A stretch of 64,000 nucleotides of DNA from Zygnema circumcarinatum SAG 698-1b (Eukaryota; Plantae; Zygnematophyceae), in NCBI GenBank assembly GCA_037447605.1, contig CM074808.1, forward strand, positions 3,720,001 through 3,784,000, in the 5' to 3' direction. The notes beneath the pieces are model-generated. The model ran no database searches. It worked only from the letters and a program-made list of their open reading frames with translations, and was not told the DNA's origin. Made by a program: the position numbers and the translations under genes. Below, in pieces: positions 25,501-37,972 of the stretch. The first letter of the stretch is position 1; each line of letters begins with the position of its first letter.

Positions 25501-26003
25501 GCAGTTTCGGGAAAGTTAAATTTATACATTTTTGGAAAGGCAGATTCATAAACTGAATGCGTCCCCTTTAAACAGCAATGAACGGTCCAGATTGTAAAGT
25601 GCGCAGTTCAATCAATGTCACGCCCTGTTTCGATATGCGCGTTCTGTGTGTTTTTATGGTTTTCAAGTTTTAGGGTTTCAGCAAGCATTCAAATGCTCCT
25701 CTTTTTTCAAGCTTGACTAAAAAAATTAAAAGAATCTTTAAAAACGCTTCAGACCTTTACATTTTATCCACCCCTTCAAAATAAAAATGAAAAAATTAGA
25801 CATGGCTGGCATTCATCCCTCCCTTGAGCGCCGCAGGGTGCGCACAGAGCCTCACCCTCATCTGAAGTCGAGTGCGCCAAATGCACAGAATTAAAAAGGA
25901 AGAAAATAAAAAATAAGGGCGCCGACATATGCATGGATAACGCCCTTCTGAATGTGCTTCGCGAGCAGGCCCTCCTCCCTGCAGCCGCCATGGCCATGGC
26001 CAT
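19029..26003 (-). CDS. SERK-like LRR-II receptor-like kinase (about 14 exons)
   Basis: Signal exon ending STSDEG|, LRR N-cap exon ([12 protein letters not shown]), LRR exons of 72, 34+107 and 69 bp, FANNQL, Ser/Pro-rich SPP motif, [25 protein letters not shown], kinase exons ([59 protein letters not shown]), C-terminus ISLAPR* (cf. SERK ELSGPR). Confidence 0.87.
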
Positions 26004-26254
26004 GGCTGCCTCACCTCTGGAGGAGGCGACGAGAGGGCTCCTTCCTGTCTGAAAAGTCGCTAGGATACGATACTATACGATACGATACGATACGATGTAA
26101 TACTACAAGTATTGACCAAGTCAAGATCAAGTCAAGACTAGTGTAAGTCCGACCTGATGGCCAACCATTAATTGTCAACCATTGATTGCCTACGCATTGA
26201 TTGCCAACCATTGGCCAACGGTTGCCGCCAAAAGGGAAGTGGTTGAGGTGACGT

Positions 26255-26815
26255 CCGTACGCATCCCAATGATGGCCCTCATGTACGGCCATCATGACCG
26301 TACAGCCATGCATGTCCATGGCATGAATGCTCCTGTTAGGTGACGGCGTACGGCCCCGTCTACTGGCGAAGGCAATAAAGGTCAAGCGGTACCCTTGTAT
26401 GTGAAACCGGCCGCCAAATAAAGGAATAAAATTTACAGAATCAATTGTTTTTCCACAAAAAAAACTCACGCTGATGTGGCGCCTCTTCATTAGTTGATAT
26501 GAAAACGTTACTCTCAAATGAAAATATAAAATATATTTTTTTACTGCCCGGAAATTAGTTTCAAAAAGTCGGCGATATTCCGGGCACCGTCGGATTCGGC
26601 TCGAAAGACCGCCGGTCCGGCCTGTCCGTATGACGTCAACGCCGCCGCCGGCAGGTCAAGCCGGTCAAACAGGACCGCCGCCAACTTATGCTCGTCCGTA
26701 CATGGCAGTCCACCGGTCCGTCAACTGTACGGCACCGACCGCTGTTTTATACGGTACGGCACAAGTGGATATGGTACGGATCAGCGTCACTTTGTAGGAA
26801 TCGGTCTGTGTACGG
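26255..26815. promoter_or_regulatory. Cluster of CCGTAC/GTACGG (SBP/SPL-type) motifs in the intergenic region shared by two receptor kinases
   Basis: Nine CCGTAC or GTACGG hexamers at about 26257, 26283, 26300, 26348, 26698, 26727, 26754, 26774 and 26810. Roughly 0.3 would be expected in 560 bp at equal base frequencies. Confidence 0.5.
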
Positions 26816-26892
26816 ATCATCCTCCCTTCACCTGAAAGGACAAGACCCCTTTCAGTTGGAAGGCGGCCCATGCCTCCTTCAGTAGGCAGGTC

Positions 26893-29800
26893 ATGGTGGA
26901 GGAGGGGAAGGGGGAGGAGGAGCTTGGAAGGACACGTGTCGCGAAGAGAGGAGTTACCAGACGCCGATCTATGGCGGCATTGATGTTTCCGTACCTCTTA
27001 TTCTGCATACTTCTCTTCTCTGATGCTGTATTTTCATCGGATGCATTGCCAGCTGACAGCGGTCAGCAAGGGCAGCTGCAGAAGCTGAGAGGGAGAAGAG
27101 GCAGCCATGGATCCAAGGTTGAGGCATGGCCTTATGGTGAAGTAGAATCCTATGTCTCTCGGATTCTGCTTTCTTCCTCTCCTATCTCTCCTCCTATCTC
27201 TCCTGCTCCGCCTCCCCCTTCATCTGCGGATATTGGTGCGCTTCTTGCATTCAAGAGCTCCATATCCAACGGTTCTGAGCCTCTTCTTCCTTCTTGGAAC
27301 GTTTCAAACGCCGCAGATATGTGCAAATGGGAAGGCATCGAATGCAATGTAACGACAGGTCGAGTGATTACTCTCGATTTGAGGTCAAAGGGGCTGCACG
27401 GCACCTTGAACGACAGTCTTGGAGCTCTCCAAGACCTGGAAAACCTCTTATTTTCTGATAATTCGTTTTCAGGCGGCATTCCTCCTTCTCTCGGAAACCT
27501 CTCAAACCTCAAAAACCTTGAGTTCCAGCGAAGTGGATTGAGCGGCGGCATTCCGGAGCAGCTGGCATTGCTTCCAAATATATATAAGCTTGATTTAAGT
27601 GCCAATAATCTCTCAGGATCGCTTCCGGAAAGTTTTACTTCCTTCGCCGGAACGTTTCTGTATCTATATGCGAATAATCTCTCTGGCGAAATCCCTCCGC
27701 TGGAAAACATGCCGAAAATTACGGAGCTTTTGTTTGGGCAAAATGCATTTACTGGAAGCCTGCCTTCTCTTCACAAGCTGAATAAGACTCTCTCAACTTT
27801 GTCAATTTCTTCTTCTCAAATTTCAGGCGAAATTCCGAAGGAGTACAGCTACCTTTCAAAACTAAGTGTTCTTGAATTGTCCGAAAATCGCTTAAGTGGG
27901 ACTATACCCCCTGAGCTTGGGAACCTGTCTAGGCTCAAGGAACTGTATTTAGTAAATAATTTCTTAACTGGCCCAATTCCAGCTACATTTGCGAACATTA
28001 GTGGGCTCTATTATATGGATCTTCAAAACAATCAGCTTTCAGGGGAGATTCCCGACAGTTTCCGGCATCTAAATGGGAGCTTCTTTTACTTCTCCAATAA
28101 TAATCTGTCGGGACCTATTCCGCCTTTCCGCTGTGATCAACTTCATGACCTAGAAATTTCTCGTAACTCGTTGAGCGGTTCCATTCCGGCAGAGTTTGGA
28201 GACTGCAAAAATTTATGGAATCTTCTGCTCGACAATAACAACTTAACTGGACCGATTCCGGCTGAGCTTGGAGGGAATATGGGCCTTCAAACCGTAAACT
28301 TTAGCAATAATCGCCTAAGTGGAGCAATTCCTTCTTCCCTGAACGATGATCGGTTGGAGCTTCTTTCTTTGGTGGATCTCAGCAACAACGATCTCTCCGG
28401 ACCCATCCCTCCCCTCTACAACTCGCTTCCCGCTATAAACTACCTCAACTTTTCAAACAACAGATTGAACGGAAGCATTCCGGAAGTCACGAATTCCTCC
28501 GCTCCGCTGACGATTCTGGACTTGAGCAATAACATTTTTTCAGGAGAGATTCCGTCCAGTTTGGCAAACTTTTCGGTCGCCGTACTCGATCTCTCTGGAA
28601 ACCTCCTCTCTGGCGGTGTACCTTCCTTTCTTTTGAACGGATCCTCTCCTTGGAAAGCTCATGAATCGATCCAATACATTTCCCTCTCAAATAATAACTT
28701 GTCGGGACCCATACCCACACTCGCCAGTAACATGACACTTCTGACGACGTTGAAGCTAGCCAATGCCAGTCTGACAGGTGGAATCCCGAAAGGTTTGGAA
28801 AGCCTGACGACACTCCGGGAGTTGGATCTGAGTGGAAATTTTTTCAATGGGTCTATTCCTTCATCTCTTGGTCAACTTAGTCAACTTGTTACCCTATCTC
28901 TAGCTAGTAATGAGATTTCAGGAGACATACCCCTTGAGTTGAGTGAACTCGACGAGCTGGAAACTTTGGACCTTTCAGAGAACAAATTGAGTGGATCTAT
29001 TCCTCCCGTTCTCGCCAACCTCTCTAACTTGGTCCAGCTCAATTTGTCAGACAACGAGTTGGTAGGTCCCATTCCAAGTGGAATCCTATCTCAATTCAAC
29101 GAAACAGCATATGCTGGTAATGCAGACCTCTGCGGATACCCACTTCCAGAATGCAGTCCACCATCTCTTTCACTACTACCACCACCTCTACCGCCTTCAG
29201 GAGTAAGGGAGAGTGGGAGAGGAGATACAAGAGGCATCTCTATTGGGCTGATAGTGGGCATAATCGGAGGTACAGCAGCCATTGTTTTTGGGCTGCTGCT
29301 ACTATATTACTGCTGCTGTAGAGGGAGAGGTAGTGGTAGTGGGCTTGAGGAGGGAGATATGCAGATCTATCAGAAATTGAAGGTGCGAATCACTCTCGCA
29401 GAAATTTTGAAGGCGACAAATAATTTTGACGATTCTTTCAAGCTTGGGAAAGGAGGTTTTGGCTCCGTCTACAGGTATTCCACTGCACATGATTCAACCT
29501 GCTTTTGATGGTTTTTCAACTATGAAGAAAGAGGTTTAGCAGAGGCTTAGCTGCTATCTTTTCCCCCGGCTTTATTTCTGATTTTAGTGTCTTTAAAAAA
29601 CCGTAGACCCATCCCTTCCTCTCTATGCTGTTGATTTGCGAGGTGTTGTTGTTTTCCAGCTTTTTTTCCGTTTCCATTCTGCACTTTTTTGGAGCTAGGC
29701 CCTGTTTTTTTCTCAGCTATCGTTTTGCAGTTTGAGAGGATAGCTTCATCAAATCATACAAAATTTTCGCATCACTGAACTATTGTGGCTCAATACCGTC

Positions 29801-31045
29801 TGTTAATCTTTTGCTATATCGTATGCGTGTCTCCCATATTGCCCATTATCTTATGGAGGTTTGATGGTATCCCTTACTAAATTTAGTATACTTTCAGTCC
29901 TCAAAGTATGGAGTCCCCATTTTCTCGCTCTCCACTGAAGCTATGTAATACCTCTCCCAACTCAACTTCCCTTACCCTCAATCTGAACTTTCCATTTATA
30001 TTTTCTTCCCTTTTCTTTTCTGTATTGCAGGGCATCTCTGGGAAACGGCAAACTTGAAACTGCGGTTAAACGACTGGATGGAGAAAGCAGGCAAGGGGTA
30101 GAGCAGCTCCGTGCAGAAATCGAAACTTTGGGAAAAATCAAGCATAGAAATTTGGTCGTACTTTACGGCAGCTATATCAGCAAGCAGGAGTGCCTTTTGA
30201 TCTACGAATTTCTTCCTTACGGCGATCTCGCGAGCTACATGGAAAGTGGCGAAAATGACTTCAATTTATGGAGGGTCCGCCGTTCGGTTCTAATAGGAGC
30301 TGCCCGCGGCTTGAAATACCTCCACCATGATGCGCCACGTGTCATTATTCATCGAGATATCAAACCTGCCAACATTCTGTTCGACAAAAGCTTTTCTCCT
30401 CGCGTTGCAGATTTCGGACTTGCCAAAGATTTCGGCATCGATACTGACGACACTCACCTCACTACAGGTGTGGCAGGAACAGTGGGATACTTAGCTCCGG
30501 AATATGCACAACAGGGGCGGCTCAGTACTAAGAGTGATGTGTATTCCTTTGGAGTTGTGATGCTGCAGCTTCTCACTGGGAAGAACCTTGGAGAAATTTC
30601 TCTAGCAGATATAGGGTTAGCAGGATGGGTACTGGAAACGTGGAGGTCTAAGGGGCTGCCGGCTGTCCTTGATCCTGAGATGGTGTTCGGAGAGGAGGAG
30701 GAAATGGAGGTAAACGATGCCCTAAGAATAGGGCTTGCATGCACTTCAAGGGTGCCTGGGAATAGGCCCACAATGGATCAAGTTCTGAGCCTGTTAGAGA
30801 ATGTGAGCTCAGTTGCGTATGACGATGAGAACATTATGAACTCAGGGGAGTTGGAGAAAGCCAACTTTGACGAACTTTTTGGAGCAAAGCGAGAGAGATT
30901 TGCCTCGGGCTTGTCTCTTCCAACGACAGAGGATTCGATATTTGAGCTGCATGAGGGGCGCAGCTCGCAGGGGAGCATGGCGTTCAGCACGCCGGCGCTT
31001 TCTATAGAGGAGACCATGAATGCAAGCGCGACCTTCTCGAGGTGA
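26893..31045 (+). CDS. LRR receptor-like kinase, EMS1/BRI1/PSKR (LRR-X)-like; 2 exons (26893-29474, 30031-31045)
   Basis: Signal peptide (alternative ATG at 26971), N-cap MCKWEGIEC, more than 20 plant LxxLxLxxNxLSGxIP repeats, C-cap GNADLCG, TM, juxtamembrane LKVRITLAEILKATNNF, LGKGGFGSVYR|A intron, HRDIKPANIL, DFG and GYLAPEY (RD kinase). Confidence 0.93.
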
Positions 31046-31584
31046 TACATAGGGTTTTTACGGTTTTGGGGAGAGGGGCAGGGGGGTAATTTAAAAGGCT
31101 AGTACTAAATGGATTAAAGGATTAAAAGAGTAAGGATTAATGGAGACAGTGACTGCAACTAGCTTTATACATTATAAATCAGCTGCTATTAGAAGTCTGT
31201 ACCATCAGACTTATTTCCTAATTATCTAATTGTATAACATAGTCTCATGGCTCATATGAGGTAGAAAGCTCCCATGTTCTTGGTGTACCACTGGGTCATG
31301 GGTGCCTGTGATGGGGTGGAGCATGAGTCTGAGCTTACCTCGTCCCTTGTCCTCGAATGCTTTGTTTAACACGATGCCAATCTTGCCATGCTTTTGAAGC
31401 ACACAGTGCGTGAAAGTGGGGATGAACTTGGAAGTCCTGAAGCATTTGTTGCCTAAGAAGCGACCAGTCATAGTCCATAGTAGAAACCAAAGGTAGAAGA
31501 ATTCGTAGGCAAGATCGTCCAGGCGTGATGTAGCGAACTGCAAACGAAAAACGAGAGTGCAAGTGTGTACGTTTCACAGGTCGG

Positions 31585-32140
31585 ACATTGGATCGGCAAC
31601 CGTTGGCCAACCACTGGATGGCAATGGTTGGTCGTCCAATGGTTGGCAACCATTGGACGCAACCAATGATGAATCCAGTGATTGGAAGATATCGCAAATG
31701 GTTGGAACGGCGCGGCTGCTTCTAGGGCTGCGTTGTTGTGCCTAGGCGTAGTTTTCCGCTCCTAGCTTTGTTTTATTGTGTTTCGGTCCTTTGTGACCAG
31801 TCCTTCGTGGTTCCACATTTTGCCTTTATCCATGTACATTTGATGGCCTCGCCATCGCGAGTTCAATGAAAGTTTGCTCCCTTTGGGTTGGAACCAATAC
31901 AAATGAAGTGCAAAATTTACAAAATTTTGCAAAATTTTGGGACTTGCACCCATGTTTCGTATACTGTAGTATGGATGCGACGTAGTTTTAACCAATAAAT
32001 AGCATATTAACTTGGATTTCACTTTAAAAATTCTAAAAAATAAAATAACAAAACTTAACCAATGGCTTCGAACCATTGGCAATGGTTGCCGGGGTCGCGA
32101 ATCAATGGTTGGTATCCATTCCAATGGTTGATCCAACCAA
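31585..32140. repeat. Dispersed palindromic AACCA(A/T)TGG repeat blocks, probably a MITE-like family
   Basis: Arrays of aaccattgg / ccaatggtt at 31585-31705 and 32058-32140. The latter aligns by eye with 49750-49820, and similar units occur at 26160-26225. Confidence 0.5.
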
Positions 32141-33279
32141 TGGTCCACCCTGTGGTGCTTTTTGCCGTGTCTTGCTCCGTCACCACTCTACACGGAACCA
32201 GTCTCGCACAACGCTACCTCCAACTTCTACGTTGACATGTAATCACAGAACAGCGCCATTCCCGTGAAACAGCCCACCGATCGCCTTCCCATGGAAATCT
32301 CGTCACCTACATCTCGCACGTGTGTGAAATCCTAAGGCTGAGATCCTGCCACATGGCAGAAGCGACCGCCAAATGGGCGGCTGCCAGACGTCGGCCAATC
32401 AGCGCCCTCCGCACAATCACGTGGTCGGGCCACCGACATTTGGGCCTGTGGGGCTGTACGAACATACCGTACGAATGTGCATGGACCGTACCGTTTGGGC
32501 CTGCCATGCCGCAGAACGCTCGTTCGTACAATTTTTAAGCCCAATTTTGAACGAAATCAGATCGAGCCACGCTTGCTGCGGAAACCGAACTGGCCTGCCA
32601 GAGAATTTACAAATTAGTACTTTGCAAAAGGTTAATGATATATTTTTAGAAGGGTTAAACTACTTTGCAATGTACGGAGTCGCTACAGCTCTTCTTCTTG
32701 GAGAAGTTTGGAATGTCCTGACCGCTTGTCCGTACCGTCCGCCGTACCGTGGAATGGGAGCTTTTAAATTCCGTAACCGGACGTTTTGCCGTTTCGATTG
32801 TCGCCGTTCCGCGGAACGACTGCTTCCTTCCCCCCTCCGTATATTCTGTCCTTCACACCCCTTCGTCGCACAGCGCATATCCTTTTGCTTTTTAGAGTGT
32901 GAATTATCTACTGAGAGAAAGCATAATTCGCTCAACGGTGATTAAACAAGTGAATAACTAATAAATAATTAGTATATATCTTTTAACATTTGAAGCAAAA
33001 GTCCAGAAAGCGCTTTGGCCTTAGTTTCTGTGCAGGCAGAAGCCGCCTCTGTGCTGTGAATGCGATCAGATCAAACCCATGACTCACACCCCCACTTTGC
33101 TTTTTTAAGTTTTTTTTCTGATTGATGAAGCTTATCTTCGTTTAGGAGAATCTTCGAAGGTCTGACTATTCGCTCGTCCACACTGCCACTCTCTCTCTCT
33201 GTCTCTCTCTCCCTCCTTTTGCCTCCCTCTATCCTTAGATTAGACCAATTTAAGGGTTGTGGTTCTGGGTCTCCTCGCG

Positions 33280-36200
33280 ATGCCAATTTCTCGCAGCGTT
33301 CCGACCACAGCTGCTCTTCCTTCTTTAGAGGTGAGAACTTCCCTTGTTAGATTCTTAACCCTCTCTAAAATAATAAGCGCCCCCCTTTTAGTACTATCTC
33401 TGAATCCCCTACCACTGAGGTGCAGTCTCAGCTTTTAGCTCTCTCCCTCCCACCACCCCTCTCTCTCGCTTTGTCAATTGTTCGTATTTAAACCATTGCT
33501 TCACATCCTTATATTGATGCAGGTGCATGGAGGAATCAGAACTCGATTATGTGCCAGAGAATTGCCGAAACGACCTGTCGTAGTGAGGCCTATGAATGCT
33601 GTTAATTTTAAAATTACAAATTCTCCTGAATTGGGCACTTCCGGTTTCCGGAGAAGTCAGCCGCGGAGGACCTGCAACGCTCAAAACCTCTCTCATGTTG
33701 CTGCCCAGAACCCATCAAAATTATTGCCATCTGGAGGGCTGCGATCTGCTGAAAAGTGGAGATATGTTACCGTTCGGGGTAAAAGTGAGGCGGTCTCCTC
33801 TGCTAGATTTCGCCATAGATGCCGTTCAAATTCTGAGGGGTCGGAGGCAAGGAGTGAGGGAGAGGGAGAGGAAGTAAAGGAGAAGAAGGGAACTATATTT
33901 GGAGCAATGGCCTTAATAATAGGGACGTGTGTAGGCGCCGGAATTTTGGCTCTGCCAGCGGAGACTGCTCCTGCGGTAGGTTCTCATTTCTATCTATTAA
34001 TCTATTTTTTTGACAGAGCCATGCAAGTGCCAGTTCCTGTCATGTCCTGTCGTGACTGCATCCGGCTTTTTGGTGTGCCCCTCTAAAAGGGAGAGAGGTA
34101 GGGAGGGAGAAGGGGAGGGAGAAGGGGAGGGAGAAGGGGAGGGAGGAGGGGGTGAGGGAGGGAGGGAGAGTACTTGTAGTCCGTTTAGCATCATACAATT
34201 TGTGGTGCATGAGCGTTGTTTTGCCGATTTCCTGCGACACTTGGCAGCCATCGACGGCAGTTATGTTAGCCATGTGAAGGTGATGTGATGTGGTGTTGAC
34301 TATGTTGATCTCCCATGTGGATGTCACTGACGACAGCCTCATATGCTGATGCGATCCTTTTTGCCGTCACTGAAAGAGACGCTCTCTCTTTGTTCGCTAG
34401 ACTCTTCCTCACATGCACCTACCTGTTTCACTCTCTCCCTCCTCCCCCACCCCCTCCCTGCCTTCCTCCCTCCGCCTCTCTCGTTGTCTCCTTCCTTCTA
34501 CCTTCCTCTATCACCCCTCTCCCTCACCCCCCTCCCCCTCTTCCTCTTTTTCTCCTCCCTTCTTCCTTGCTCTACCACCCCTCTCCCTCACCCCCCTCTC
34601 CCTCTCCCTCCCCCCTCCGCTTCCTCCCTCCGCCTCCCTCTTTCTCCTCCCTTTTGTTCTCCCTCTCTCTGCCTCCCCTCTCCCTCCTCAACCCCTTCGT
34701 CCTACGCCTTCATCTCTCGCCTCTCTCTCACACGCTCTCTCCCCCTCCCAGGGATTCGTCCCCTCCGCCTCGGCCTTAGGCGCTTGCTGGGCCTTCCTCA
34801 CTCTGGAAGCCTTCCTTCTCGTGGAAGTAAACGTCGCCCTTCTCCGTCGAAGGGAGAAGAATGGAAACCTCCCTCACGCGCACTCTGAAGTGATCTCCCT
34901 CTCTACCATGGCGGAGGAGACTCTGGGATCAGTGGGAGGGGCTCTCGCTACGGTGGCCTACCTCTTCGTCTCCTTCACTCTCTTGGTGGCCTACATTTCC
35001 AAGACAGCGGAAGTCCTCTCTCTCGTGACCTCAGCCCCAGTATGGGCCATGGCTCTCCTCTTCACCTTTGGGTTTGGCGGATTGCTCTTCCGAGGGAGCA
35101 TGGAGACCACCGACAAGATCAGTCAAGTGCTGACGTCAGCGCTTTTGAGTGAGTTCCGTGCTTCAATGAAGGGAAATCATGATGCTTTCTAATTTCATTT
35201 TGGGTGTTTATTATTTTTTGGTTTAGTGTGTCGGTTTTTGAAAGGGAGATGTCGTTTTTGTGTTGGCAAAAGATGGTAACCTTTTTTTCGGGGGGCAGCG
35301 TTGTTTGCAATAATCGTGGTCGGGGGATGCACGATTGCTGATTGGAGTGAGCTGTCGCGCTCTGATTGGTCGAACACTCCCCATGTCCTCCCCATTGTCT
35401 TCCTCTCCCTTGTGTATCACGACCTCGTGCCGGGTAAGTTGACAAGTTGTTGCCCAAATGATGTGACAGAGAGGGAGGGGGAGAGGGGGAGAGGGGGAGG
35501 GGAGGGGGGGAGGGGGGGAGGGGGGGAGGGGAGAAAGGGGAGAAGGAGGAGGGGGGAAGGGGGAGAGGGAGAGGGAGGGGGAGAGGGATTCGTGAATGCG
35601 TATCAGCTTCATTCGGCGTAAGTATGACTAAGCTGTGCTTTGAGATGGACATGACAGTGGTCTGCGCTTACTTGGGAGGAGACATCGACCGCATTCGGAA
35701 ATCGATCATTTTGGGGAGCCTCGTCCCTCTCAGTATGTTCTTGTTATGGGATGCCGTGGCTCTCTCCCTCAGCCACGTGTCAGGCTACGAAGATCCTCTC
35801 CAAATTCTGATGAGGTGAAGCATGCATTGCCGATCCACCACGTCAGTCTATGAGGCATTGACTTTCAACGTTCGTGCATGCATGCGTAATGTCTGGAAGA
35901 TGGTTTGGAGTAGAGAGGCTGAAAGAGAGTGTGTGCGAGAGAGAGGGAGAGAGAGAGATTTGTGCTATACGGCGACGAGATTGTGCTGTTGTATTCGTTG
36001 ATAGGTTTTCAGGGGTTCTAGAGGTTCCAGGTTCTCTAGGGCATTTTTAGTTATCTTGTTTTTTTTTTATCGCTTTTAACAAACATTAAGTCTCCATATG
36101 TGTTTTTTTTTCAGCTCTGGAGGGTCTGTAGAGGCTGCAACAATTCAGTCGTTTGCACTTTTAGCTACTGTGACTTCCTTCCTTGGAACAGCAGTTGGAC

Positions 36201-37972
36201 TGTCTGAGTATGTAACTGAGCAGCTCGGAAACTTTGCGAGTTCAGTAGCCACAGAGTTAAACGGGAAGCCTCAAGCAGGTGCACGTCCAAGGGTCGAATC
36301 AAGTGAAGGAGAGGAGAGAGGAGTGAGTGAGAGCGGGAAGCTGTGGGGAGAAGGAGATGGGAAGTTTGAGAGGCCTGTCCTTATTTCGCAGATGCCGAAG
36401 ATAACGGAGCGTTCGCGACATCACAACTCTCCTATTGGTTTGGAGGAATTAATACATAGAAGGAGGCAGGCGACCGCGAAGACTGTCGCGATTAGAGCGG
36501 GAGAGAGAGGAAGCGGGAGCCAGACCTTGGCAGAATGTGTAGCGGAGGGATTTGCATTGGAAATGAAGAAGTGGAAGGAGGGAGGGGTAGCAAAGGTAGT
36601 GAAGAGTATGCAGCTTTGGTACGCAGAAGCAGTGGATAAGATTTCAGCTGTGGCTGTTGAGAGCTTGGTGGGGAGAGAGGGAGAGTGCAGAGAGGCGAGT
36701 GTGCAGAAAGATCGCTTCAAAACGGTGTCCTTTCTTGTTGTTCTGACTCCTCCGGTCATCATCGCATTGACAACGCCCGATGCCTTTTTTGCAGCCTGCG
36801 ATGCAGCGGTATGACGATTTTTTTTGGGCTTTAAAAGTTTAAATTTGAGCATTACCGGAGTTTAGAAGATGCAAGCAAGAACCTTAGACCTCTCTGCCTC
36901 TCTCTCCGACTGCCTCTCTCTCTCTCTTGCTCTCTCTCCCTCGCCCTCTTTCTCTCTCCCTTACGAGTATGCAACTTCCACCCTGTCCTTTCTCTTTCCA
37001 TTCCGCTTGTTTCTTGGTTATGTTTGGTCTTTTTAGTGAGTGAGAGGGAGAGAATAGACTCAATGTATTGATTAAGAATTTTTAGAACGGAGGAGGACAA
37101 GGAGGAGAAAAGAGTAACGAGGGTTTTATTTTCTGTTTCTTTGACCTTCAGGGCGCCTATGGAATGACTACATTATACGGAGTTTTTCCCCCTGCCATGG
37201 CCTGGGGCTTACATCAATTGCAAGTGAAGAGCTCTCAAGAGGCAACAGATTCCTCTTACAAGGAAAGCATCCTTCGTGTGCCAGGTGGCAATGTGGCATT
37301 GGCTTCCATGGGATTCTGCGCAAGCGCCATCATCTTTAGCCAGGTAGGGAGAGAAGGCCTTGGTGCCTACCATTCCCTTTCCGCCTGCTTTTTCTTCTCT
37401 GATTCACAACCTTTCTTTTGCTAAGAAGAAGGTCAGGATAACTGGAAGCTAGCAGCCTTGGCGTTGACTGTTTTCAGAGTTTCCAAGGAATTCCCAGCTT
37501 ACTGAAGATCAGTCCCAACCTCTTCCTCTTGAATACGTCTGCTATTGACTGATATTGTCATTTTAACCATTTAGAGTTCCAACAGCTTCTAACTTACTGA
37601 CAATGTGCATTCTCCTGTCAATACTCACCCTCTTTCTGTCGAATACGTCTCCTATTGACTGCTATTGCCGTTGCAAATTCTCCTCCTGCTGCATTTAGAG
37701 TTCCAACAACTTTGCAACTTACTGAAGATGTGCATTGTTCAGTCAATACTCACCCTCTTTCTGTCGAATACGTCTCCTATTGACTGCTATTGCCGTTGCG
37801 AATCCTCCTCCTGCTGCATGTGCAGGTCGCGCTGAGCGCTGCAGAGATGGGGCCCCGCGAGGGGGAGCTCGTGGTTCTGGCGGAGGCGGTCGAGGGGGGG
37901 GGGCTGGAGGTCGCCCAATCGCTCGTCAGCTTGGCGCGTGCGACGGACGCAGATCCGCCGTTCATTCTCTGA
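33280..37972 (+). CDS. Tryptophan/tyrosine permease (aromatic amino acid transporter), probably plastid-targeted
   Basis: Ser/Arg-rich N-terminus, then KKGTIFGAMALIIGTCVGAGILALP / GFVPSASALGACWAFLTLEAFLLVEVN / SLVYHDLVP / VVCAYLGGDIDRIRKSIILGSLVPL / FALLATVTSFLGT / GAYGMTTLYGVFPPAMAW / VPGGNVAL. Typical of plant Trp/Tyr permease family members. Confidence 0.9.
37531..37825. repeat. 110-125 bp tandem repeat (about 2.5 copies) in the last permease intron
   Basis: gaatacgtct.ctattgactg recurs at 37531, 37641 and 37766. Confidence 0.8.

Noticed and set aside
37531-37825. Regularly spaced repeats resembling a CRISPR array
   Set aside because: The spacers are themselves repeated, the context is a eukaryotic intron, and there are no cas genes.
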